64,000 nucleotides of DNA from Lama glama (taxonomy: Eukaryota): contig CM052816.1 in assembly GCA_028534125.1 (NCBI GenBank), forward strand, positions 56,794,001 to 56,858,000, in the 5' to 3' direction. Positions within the stretch are counted from its first letter, which is position 1; every line of letters begins with the position of its first letter. Below the pieces are notes generated by a model, which ran no database searches, was not told where the DNA came from, and worked only from the letters and a program-made list of their open reading frames with translations. Shown here one piece after another: positions 1-10,041 of this stretch. Both the position numbers and the translations under genes were made by a program.

Positions 1-566
1 CTCCTCCAGACCCCTCAGCTTCCCTGCCCCCACGGCCCTGCTGGATGCCAGCTCTGGGGAGCGCCCCCAGTCTTCCCAGCAGGTGCATTGATTAGACATT
101 CCCTACTCCACTGGGCTACTCCTATTAATTTAAGTCACCTGAGGCCTCAAACCTCCAAGAGCATTCATTCAAGCTCTTCTTACTCCCTGGCAACATGGTG
201 GGAGTTTTCAACCATGTTAGTGCTTAGAAAATGTGTAAGGTTTCCATTCAGGTGGCTTTCCTGATGATGAATAAGGCAAGAATGGAGCAGAGAAGTCAAC
301 ATACACGAAGTCACAATGTGTTTTCCTAAATCTGCAGAACACTAACTTTGCATTTGCCACGCAAGTTAATATCTGCCCTCCACAACATTGCTCTTGAATT
401 CATAATGCACACTAGCTTCTATGATGAAAATCCAAAGGGTAACAGACTCAATCTCCTGTGACCTCAGCAGGGAATAAATAAGGACAAGGCTGCAGCTGAC
501 ACTCAGCCTGAGCAGCTTTTGTTCCCCCGCATCCCCCGCCTGCCTTTACATGCACACCCCATGCAA

Positions 567-584
567 GGCCTCCAGGTGGCAGCA
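567..584 (+). promoter_or_regulatory. Candidate CTCF motif
   Basis: ggCCTCCAGGTGGCAGca; one mismatch to the core CCASYAGRKGGCRS. Confidence 0.4.
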
Positions 585-1931
585 GAGTCCCATCTGCAGA
601 ACAACATGGCCAGTGCCAGGAATGTCAAAATGGGCCAGCTTCACCCTTCAAGAGCCTGTTGTTTAAGCACCAAAGTCCAAAACACCAGGTTAAGAGAACG
701 CTTTCATCCAACTGCACAGATGCAAAAAACATGTGAAGCATCTACTGTGGTGGTCACCATACAGGAGCATGGTGGGGTTTCTGTTTTGAAATGCACATAT
801 CCAAGCCCTACCTGGGTGAGTGAAGATGACACCACCACCATGTTTACAAAAGGAAGGTAACTAGAACCAACATTTCAACAGACACGTCTGCATAGACAGC
901 AAGAGAGTCACACATATATGTACCACCTGTCACAGGCTTTTCAGACCATATACTCCTAAATGATAATTCTGCATTTCTAAAGAATTCTGTACCTACAGCA
1001 CTGATTCAAGAGAATAGTACACACTTTATCCAAGATTGCTGATGAAGAAGGCTCTACCGTCAGGTAACCCAGCCCGCAGCAGCAAAGGCTGTGCTCACCT
1101 GGTGGTATGCTCACAGCCCCCCCCTGCGGGAAGTTCGGATTCCAGGTTCCCGCCTCTCTCAAAAGGCTAGCTTTCATATGTCACCAGCCTACAGTTTCCA
1201 TACAGTCTCATGCAATTGTGTTTCCTATTCAAACAAATATTACAAACTATGTTAAAAGAGATGCCTTCATAGAATGTGTACTTCATCATTTTAAAAACTT
1301 TCAAAGTTATAAAACCTTTATCTTAACATCACTGAAAATATCTGTGACAGGATAATGTATCTTTCATTGATCTAGGATGACACAGAGCTGTATCCGGAGC
1401 TTTTGAAGAAAACGGCACTCCTTCCAAGGGAGGTTAATGAGACTGCTCCGAGGGAGTTTCTGCAGAATTACTAGGATCCTTTTACACTTACTCACAGAAC
1501 CACCAGTTGTACAGGGCAATCAAATCACTCGTTGCTATAGGAACCTTCAGCAGATAATGGTATCAGTAACTCCAAGCTATTCTGTTTTAAAGGCCTGTTA
1601 ATCTTGCCTTCAAGGCCCACCCAGAAGTAAAGATTATCCTCTCCTAAATCAGACCTTCCAAACTTCAGAAACATGTTTTTTCATTGCCAAGTTATAATAG
1701 AACAAGAAATAATCCCTAATATTCATGTTCACCAGTAACCCTGCACCAGTAAACAGGGTTTTTGAAACAGGGTGAAGTAGCTGTAAAATTAATACCAGTG
1801 TCTTATTAAGAAATGGATTAGCCTAATGGATCTCAACTCTGTGCCCAAGTCAGACTGTCTCCTTTTGAGAAATGGGACCACAGAAGCTAGACATCAGCAA
1901 AGAAAAAGCTTGTATCAAAAATACACGATGC

Positions 1932-2628
1932 TTTCTCTGAAGAAGAAATCCCAATGGCCAGCAAGCATGGGAAAAGATGCTCAACATCACTAATTGTTAG
2001 AGAAATGCAAATCCAAACTAGAATGAGATATCACCTCACACCAGGCAGAATGGCCATCACTAAAAAATCCATAAACGATAAATGCTGGAGAGGATGTAGA
2101 GAAAAAGGAACCCTCCTACACTGTTGGTGGGAAGGTAAACTGGTACAGTCACTATGGAGGACAGTACGGAGATTCCTCAAAACACTAAAAACAAACTTAC
2201 CATATGATCCAATAATCCTACTCCTGGGTATATATCCAGAGAAAAGTATAATTCAAAAAGACACATGTGCCCCAGTGTTCACAGCAGCACTATTTACAAC
2301 AGCCAAGACACAGAACAACCCAGATGTCCTTCAACGGATGACTGGATAAAGAAGATGTGGTATATTTATACAATGGAATACTACTCAGCCATAAAGAATA
2401 AAACAATGCCACTTGCAGAAACATGGATGGATCGTCATTCTAAGTGAAATAAGCCAGAAAGAGAAAGAAAAATGCCATATAATATCACTTATATTTGGAA
2501 TCTAAAAAAAAAGACACAAATGAACATATCTACAAAACAGAAACAGACTCACAGACACAGAGAACAAACTTATGGTTACCAGGGGATAAAGGAGGTGGGA
2601 AAGGATAAATTGGGCATTTGAAAATTGC
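1932..2628 (+). mobile_element. LINE-1 fragment: ORF2 C-terminus and part of the 3' UTR
   Basis: ORF 1954..2349 gives the L1 ORF2p Cys-rich end ([26 protein letters not shown]...LPYDP). The frameshifted continuation reads [18 protein letters not shown]. Confidence 0.93.
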
Positions 2629-2629
2629 A

Positions 2630-2775
2630 CTTCTTGGAGAATGATGGAAATATTAGCTATCTTGATTGTGGTGGTGGTTTCATGGATGTAAACATCTACC
2701 AAAATTCATCAAATTGTACATCTGACATATGTGTAGTTTACTGTACAGGAACCACAGCATAATAAAGGTGTTAAA
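2630..2775 (+). mobile_element. Old L1M (L1MC/ME-like) 3' end
   Basis: gatggaaatattagctatcttgattgtggtggtggtttcatgg...aaaattcatcaaattgtaca...aataaa. Confidence 0.7.
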
Positions 2776-2809
2776 ATATCATCAAATAGGAAAAACTTAC
2801 ACTACAAAA

Positions 2810-3335
2810 AAGAAAGTGTACAATTTGATGATTTTTAATATATTCAGAGTTGTGCAATCGACACCACAGCCAATTTTTTAACACTTTCATCACCCCAACA
2901 AGAAACCCCAAAATCACTAGCACTTCCTACCTGTTTCCCCCCAGCCGCCTCTACTCCCACTCACCCCTAACCAACCACTAATCTATGTTCTGTCTTTATG
3001 GATTGGCCTATTCTGGATTTCACATAAATGGATTCACGCAGTGTGTGGTCTTTTGTAACTGGCTTCCTTCACACGACATGTTGTCAAGACCTGTTCATGT
3101 TGTGATGCATCAGTACTTCATTCTTTTTATTGCCAGATGCTATTCCATTACAGCCACTCCCCAGCTGATGAACATTTGGATTGTTTCACTTTTTGTCAGT
3201 TATGAATAATGCTGCTTTGCACATTTCTGCACAAGTTTAAGGAGAGGTATGTTTTCATTTCTCTTGAACATATATATGTATATATCTCTAGGAGTATAAT
3301 CCTTGGGTCATATGATAACTCTATATTTAGTATGT
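2810..3335 (-). mobile_element. Old L1MB-like 3' region
   Basis: aagtgtacaatt...tattcagagttgtgcaa...tattctggatttcacataaatgga...gaacatttggattgtttc is typical antisense L1MB sequence. Confidence 0.75.
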
Positions 3336-5771
3336 TTTTATAATACAGATTTTTTTTCCCATCTCCAGTGTGTACTCTCTCCTACTCCCCAACCACCATA
3401 AAGTCTCACATAGTCAAAAATTAACTCATGCAGATAAAAAAAAAGATATCCTTAGCCCCCAAATTTGGTTGCAACTATCAACTAAGCAGAAGCTCTATAA
3501 TCACCGTATCTCAAATTGAGGTCAGAACATAATTTTCCTAATTTACTCAATCTCTTGAATAACGTGAGGAAAAGTCATCTTTCAATATATATGAACAAGA
3601 TTCAAGTTTCTCTTGGGAATGCTTTCACGTCCCTAAGACTTCATACTTAGATTCTATCTGAATTCAGGAAAAAATTCCTCAACTACACCTTCAACTTAGG
3701 CTTATGTCAGCTGTATTAGACCCTGGAGTTGATATGCTCACTGAATGCGCATCCTTCTGCTCACCTGCTAAGCTGACCCAGCTGGAGCAAAGCATGCACG
3801 GCAGATATGAGCAGGATTTATCGTATCTAGGTCAGTTCTGAGGGGCCTGAGATCCTTTCTAGCTCAAACTAGGATTCTTCAATTCTGTGATAAACTGGGG
3901 GAGGCAAGGAGGAGAGTTTTTCTTTATGTGTGAGAAAATACTAATATTATTACAATAATGTACAAAGTGAGCATCATATCAGCTTGATATCTCATTTAAA
4001 TCTTTGGCCTTTTAATGTTAAATCATTATTTTCTGTGGGCAGGAGGAGAAAGCAGACTGGCAATGTCAGTCTCTAAAAGAAACAGAGAGGACTGAGCCTC
4101 TCTGTCAGGTGAAAGAAACGCAGATGACTTCCTGGGGCTGGAAAGTGCATTCTCTGGGCATGATCTGTGATTGTCTTGAAAATGCCCAAGTCCCGACTTT
4201 CAGGTGAGCAACACTGATCAAATATTTGGATGGGTATTTCACAGTAGGGATTAGATAAGAGCTGTGATCCAACTGAGTAATCATCCCTGCAAAACAGCCT
4301 TCCTAATTGCTGTCCTAAATCCCGACACCTCAGGTCCCAGCCATTCTAGTCATTTAAAGAAACTGTCTTCGTAAGACATTGGAACCATATTCAACAGTTC
4401 GAAATTAGACATTGAGCTAGAGTATTTAAAATGAAAAATCTTGGGAAGGAAACTTTGCACAGATAAAAGCCCCCTTGGTTTTCCCGGTAATACCTCGCAG
4501 GAGATACTCAAATGAGGAGAATCCACCACGCAACTCCCTCTTCCCGTCTCACTCACCCAGAGCTCACAGAGAAGGGCTGCATCCTTGTCGGAAGAATGTT
4601 CAAGTGAAAACTCTGCTCACCTGGTCACCGTGGCAGGAAGAGCGATGTCCTGGTATCTCAACACACACGATTATCACTATGCCCACTCTAGGCATGTCAG
4701 CTCAGCATCCATGGTCAGATACTGGTCAAGTTGCCCCATCTCTATTTTCTCATTTAAACCAAGTAAGTATTAAATGACACTCCCACTCTGCCATTTTCCA
4801 CAAAAGAAAACACAGCTGAGTAACTCGCAAAACGTTCAGAAGCCAGGTCACGGCAGAGCCGAGGGTTTTAGCAGTCTGCTGGTTGCTGGTGTGTCATCAA
4901 GACATGTCTGTGCATGCAGGTCACAGGCTCCAATCGTGAGCGCTCCATGAGACAGGTCAGCCACGTGGAAGAGAGCTCACTTCAAGGAAACGATTCCAAT
5001 TTTGCACTTTTTCCATCACACAAAAGCTGGAGAGAACTCTAGACGAGCAGTCCAAAGACTAAAGCGGTCAGCGCTCTGTGACACAAGGGTGGGGGTGTGT
5101 ACGGTGCGGGGGTAAGAATGTACCCACCTCAGCCTGACTGCCTGAGCAAGCCGTGTCACCTCAAACAAGTTACGTGACCTCTGTGCTACCACTTCCTCAC
5201 GTATAAAATGGGGAAAATGGAATCCCAGAAGTGTCCCTGTCCACGACCACTGGAGCATGGGCTCCATGAAGTGTTCAAACCTCGCACGGACCCAGCTGCA
5301 CCTGCCAGAGCCTCGGGCAGTGCCTGGTACCCTGTTCTTGAGTGCAGTTCCATGAAAGGGACTCCCTGAGAGGAGGGCTTCTCCGCTCTGCCCTTTCAGT
5401 TACTGCCACATCACCGGTGCTTAGAGCAGTGCCCAGCAGAGCGGGCACTCAGTAAACACAGATGCGGCGTGGACGAGCCTGCGGGGCGCACATCTGCCTG
5501 CCTGGCCTGGGCTCTGCCTCTGGCTGCACGGCCTCTCCCTCCTTCCCCGCCTGTCATGAGAAGGAAGCCCCTCTGAGCCTGCTGGGAGCCGCTGCCTCAG
5601 CCCTGAAGGGGGTGATTTTGCCCTCTCTCCTTTGTGACTGGAACTCACGTTCCAATCCCAACTCCTTAGTTCCTCGTTAGTGAGAATGTGGAAGAAAATT
5701 AATGGAGAGAAGGCAACAAAGCAAAGGACTAGCAACACAAAAATCTAGACAGCTAGCATATTACACAGGGC

Positions 5772-5922
5772 TTTTTTTTTAATTCATTTATTTTGGGCAG
5801 GTGGGGGAGGTAATTCAGTGTATTTATTTATTTACTTATTTCTTAATGGAAGTCCTGAGGACTGAACCCAGGATGTTGTGCATGCCAAGCAGGCACTCTA
5901 CCACTGAGCTGTACCCTCCCCC
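5772..5922 (-). mobile_element. vic-1-type camelid tRNA-derived SINE
   Basis: Minus strand ggggagggtacagctcagtggtagagtgcctgcttggcatgcac...cctgggttcagtcc, then an attacctcccc module and A tail; flanked by cacaggg direct repeats. Confidence 0.88.
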
Positions 5923-7058
5923 ACAGGGTTTTTAAAAAACTACAAAATAATAGGGGAAAAAATGGATTCATATAGTGGTCAATGGTATCGCACTGGTTGT
6001 CTGTTTTATGGCCCCATAGACCCAGGCAGGCAACCGCCTCCCAAACAATGTGAAGTGTAAAGAGGGCCGTGCGGCGAGGCACGGGTGATCTCAGTACTCA
6101 CGGTGACCGTGAGTAGCTTTAAAAATGCCTCCCTAGCCTCCTTCCCAGCATGAGCATCCTGTGCTGACAGACGGAGAGAACCCAGGTGACCATGAAAAAG
6201 GAGGAGATAAGACTGAGAAATGGCAGGGTTAGGAGAGACGAGGAAGAGTAACATTTCCAAAGCACCTTCCACAGACCACCTTCATGAGATGCTGAGAACC
6301 ATGAAAAAGGGATTTTCCCAGGATCAAGTTAAAGAACTGGTAGGTTCAAAAAGGCTACACAGGTTTCTTGACTGCGAGACTTACTAGAACCTACAAAACA
6401 TTAACTGTATTCTCAATTTCCAACATGGGGGTTTCACACACAGCATTTTCTACTCATTTGGACAAAGAATGCTTATTTTTCAGAGCATCTTCCAAGGCTG
6501 GTGTTCTGAACAGTGCCCTTGAGGACATCCTAGAGTAAGGAGATCAAATAAGGACAAAGGCGGCAAGCACACAACGGAGTCAGTCAGTGGATCAATACGG
6601 ACTAATAATTAGCTTACTCATCTGCGCCTACTGAAAATGAGGTGACCTTCTGGCCATTTAATTCATTTGGAACAACATCCCATCATTTTGGAAGGGCAAT
6701 TACAATCATGAAATTACGGAAACATAATTGGTTCACAGACAATAATAAAGCCATCTATCATACTAACAGGGGAAAGTACATTTCCAGGCTAAAGTTTTTA
6801 CACTCTTTTAATCAAAGGCAACTACAGACGCACACTTAAAGCTTCCTCCTCCACCCACTGCCTCAGGAGCAACAGAAGAACGTGGTCTGTTAAGAATCTT
6901 CTCTAAGATCTCAAAGGGAAAGTTTGCTTTGGGGCTTTAAAGGGGAAAAAAAATTAACCACCAAGCTCTTACACTCAAAATGTTTTGTTTTTCCAGTTGA
7001 GTCACCTCCAGGCTTATGAATGAACAAAAACTAATGGAATATTTTCACTTTAGTTGAA

Positions 7059-7075
7059 CACTGCCCTCTGCTGGA
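7059..7075 (-). promoter_or_regulatory. Candidate CTCF motif
   Basis: Minus strand tCCAGCAGAGGGCAGtg; full match to the core CCASYAGRKGGCRS. Confidence 0.55.
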
Positions 7076-7239
7076 ATGTGCACCCAGTTCCTAACATATC
7101 CTCCGGGCATATAAAAATAAAAGCAGTGTCTACAAGGTCTATAAAATAGACACATTCATTATTTGGTGTCGGAGAACTTGAGCTTCCGTCCAAATTCTTC
7201 TGCTTATTGGTGGAGTGACTTCAGTCCTGCTGGCGGCCA

Positions 7240-7960
7240 GGTATATTAACTTGGCTGCCCCCCGGGGTCCACCAAACTCAACCTGTCTAAAACTGAGTAC
7301 GTATTTTGTCACAATCCTGCTTCCTTAGGCCCATTCCACCCAGGGACACACCAGGAACAGAAGAATCACCCTTCTCCCTCACCACCGAATAAACCTGACA
7401 TCCCTCATCTTTGGGACAGTCCCATCTGTCCCTGCCTCTCCAATCTCACCACACTTCTGCGGTGCAGACCCTCTCCTGCATCACTTTTCAGCAGCCCGCT
7501 GACCCTTCCAGTCCATGCTCCAGGCTCTCAGAGAGTGACCTTCTAAAAGAACAATCTGATCTCACTGGCTTAAAACAGCTCCCAGAGAGTGCTGTCAGGG
7601 TGGAGTTCCAGTTCCTTTTCTTGGGTACAAGATCTGCCTCCACACCTCTGTTCCTGGCATCATATACACACAAACACACAATCCCAGGACTGCAAAATGA
7701 CCTGCATTTCCCTCAGTGCATCATCTGGTTCAGGACTTGGTACTGCACATATTTCTACCACCCAGAATTCCCTTCCCTGCATTAGCTCACAGCCCCAGGG
7801 TCATCTCTACCAAGAAGCTTTCCCGGACCATCCCACCAACACACTCCACAGCGTTCTCACAGCGTTATTCGCCTGTGCCACTTGTAGCACTTACAATGTG
7901 CTGGGACAGCCTGTTTTTCTGCACCAGTCCCCAACTGTCAGCCCCTTGAGGGCAAAAGCT
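7240..7960 (+). mobile_element. Degenerate LINE-2
   Basis: caaactcaacctgtctaaaactga...aatctgatctcactggcttaaaac...aactgtcagccccttgagggca motifs. Boundaries approximate. Confidence 0.6.
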
Positions 7961-8072
7961 TCGAATTCAAGCACTTGTTTAGAACTTACTTTTTCTAAAT
8001 TAGCACAAATGTGGATTACAAGGGAAGAAAAATACACAAGATGATAAAGTAAAACTCAGAAGTTGACTTTTT

Positions 8073-8181
8073 GTGTGTGTGTGTGTGTGTGTGTTTCTCC
8101 CTAAGGTATGTGTAACTTTATTTTTTTTAACATTTTTTATTGATTTATAATCATTTTACAATGTTGTGTCAAATTCCAGTG
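8073..8181 (-). mobile_element. Young L1 3'-tip insertion A, with 3' extension and (CA)n tail
   Basis: Perfect 15-bp TSD agaagttgacttttt at 8058-8072 and 8182-8196; canonical TT/AAAA target. Body matches the 3' end of the longer L1 at 51465. Confidence 0.88.
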
Positions 8182-8226
8182 AGAAGTTGACTTTTTAAAA
8201 AAAAAAAGGAAAAGCAAGAGTAAGGG

Positions 8227-8290
8227 AACACTGGAATTTGACACAACATTGTAAAATGATTATAAATAAATAAAAAATGTTAAAAAAAAA
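8227..8290 (+). mobile_element. Young L1 3'-tip insertion B
   Basis: Perfect 11-bp TSD aagagtaaggg at 8216-8226 and 8291-8301; AATAAA followed by an A tail. Confidence 0.88.
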
Positions 8291-9968
8291 AAGAGTAAGG
8301 GCTTAAGTAATAAAGGTAATACAAAAATGCAGTTAGCAACACCCTACAAATTTGCAATTGGCATGCCAGAAACTTAGCCCCAAGTTAGCAGCCAACTACA
8401 AGCAAGAAACCTGATCAGTTACAGTCAGAGCAGTAAAAGCAAGCTGAATGCTCAGGAGAAGGCAGCACTCCTGACATGAGACCAGAGTTTTCTCCTGCAG
8501 GTCTTTAGGAGAAAGTGTGAAGTTCCCCGCCGCCTCCTTGGGCAGGCGGGGCAAGCTGCAGCTCCCTCAGTGCAGCCAGTACATCACCCCCAGGGGAGGA
8601 CGGGGAGGGCAACTCCACAGGGGCCCAAGCAGGTGCAGCTGGGGTAGGAGGCTCAGCTGGCTGGCTTCACCCAGGAGTGGGCAGGTGCATGGGCCGCACC
8701 GACTTCCAGCAACCTATCACAAGGCTTCCAGCTGTCAACTTTGGTGGCTTGGGGACAGGAGTCTTGCCCTACTATTTTTCCCTTACCCCAGCATCTAGCA
8801 TCGTGGGTCTTGCCCCTAACAGACTATTGTCCCTTTACCTTAACAGAAATTTTGTAATGCCCCCTCCACATACCTGAAATTAAGTAGATAATAAAACCCT
8901 ACCCCCAAATACATATAAACCTAATCCTACACATAATTTTTAAAAATTAAAAATGCACTGAAATATAAAGCAAAAGGAACATACTTGATAATAATATGTA
9001 CTCAAACATTTGCCCTAAGTACCTAGAAGACATCATGACGTATGGTCAGATTCCTACAACTACTGGGTTCTGGAGAACAAAACACAAAATAAGAATCAAT
9101 TCCGTGCAAGGAGTGCAGGGGTATTTAAGAACAGAGGTAAGATGCTCCAGAGAATCAAAACTTGTGTTTATTACTAGGACTTGCTGACAGATCAGACCTA
9201 CTTGTACATGAAGGGGAAAGAACTTGAACTGAAATTGTGATCACAAACCCAGATAAATTGCCAGTTTGGAGAAAATGAAGAAGCACGATATTCTAACAAA
9301 GGGTGAAGTGTGGCACCAACACAATTTCACATGTTAGGATGTGGAAGACACCAGTGACAACTTAATATAAAAATACACCTCTTGCTGTGGACACCCGCCT
9401 GGAGCACATTTGTACGTTCAGTCTTTAAGCTCCATCAGGGCTGTGCCCTGCTGTACAAGACAACCTGGGGGGGGGGGGGGGTAGGGCCACCTGTATCCCA
9501 CGGAACATCCAGCATCCCCATCCCTCACCTCTACACGACAGTAGTGCTCCCCAGACCTCATGACAACGTAGATACCGCCACAGCCTCCGTCCACTAAGAC
9601 CCAGGCACCCAGCAGAGAGCAGGAGCTCCACTGAGGTGGAACAAGCCGGAGGACTGAGTGATGGAGGACTGAACGGAAGGAGCAAACTGAGCTTGGAAAT
9701 GAGGAGCACACTCTCTGAGTGTCAGGAAAGGGCCCTCAGCTCAGGACTGTGGGAGGAGCCCAGGAAATGCTGAGTAAAAAGTGGCAAAGCACGGTGCCTT
9801 GGGTCAACGCTGCTGGAGGAGCCAGGGCCTTGCTGTACCCCACCACCCCATCTTGCCTCTCAGTCCGTGGGCTCTGCGCTCCTCCACCACACACGTCAAC
9901 GCCCAGCTAACAAGTCAGTCCTGGGTGCGTTCTGGGCTCCCAGGTGGGGAAGGAGCATGCATGCCTAC

Positions 9969-10041
9969 CTTCTGCGGTTTCTGCAGCACTGGAGGGCATA
10001 TCTGGTTTTTCCCCTGACCTAGCTTCTTGCTCTCCAAGAGT
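9969..10041 (-). CDS. ARHGEF28: ARHGEF28 coding exon (about exon 7), 73 nt, phase 0 to 1
   Basis: ttccttcctttcttag|ACTCTTGGA...GCAGAAG|gtaggc; encodes TLGEQEARSGEKPDMPSSAAETAE, similar to recalled human AFEPEARPEERTAMPSSGAETEE. Not in the ORF track. Confidence 0.88.

Noticed and set aside
8121..8289. MITE or DNA transposon with long terminal inverted repeats
   Set aside because: Each arm has its own TSD and poly(A) and matches an L1 3' end; no shared TSD flanks the pair.
9467..9481. G15 homopolymer as a functional G-quadruplex
   Set aside because: A simple run with no supporting context; homopolymer length is also error-prone.
1..9968. Next ARHGEF28 exon (IKNSVSS-like)
   Set aside because: No matching spliceable segment found by eye; probably outside the window.
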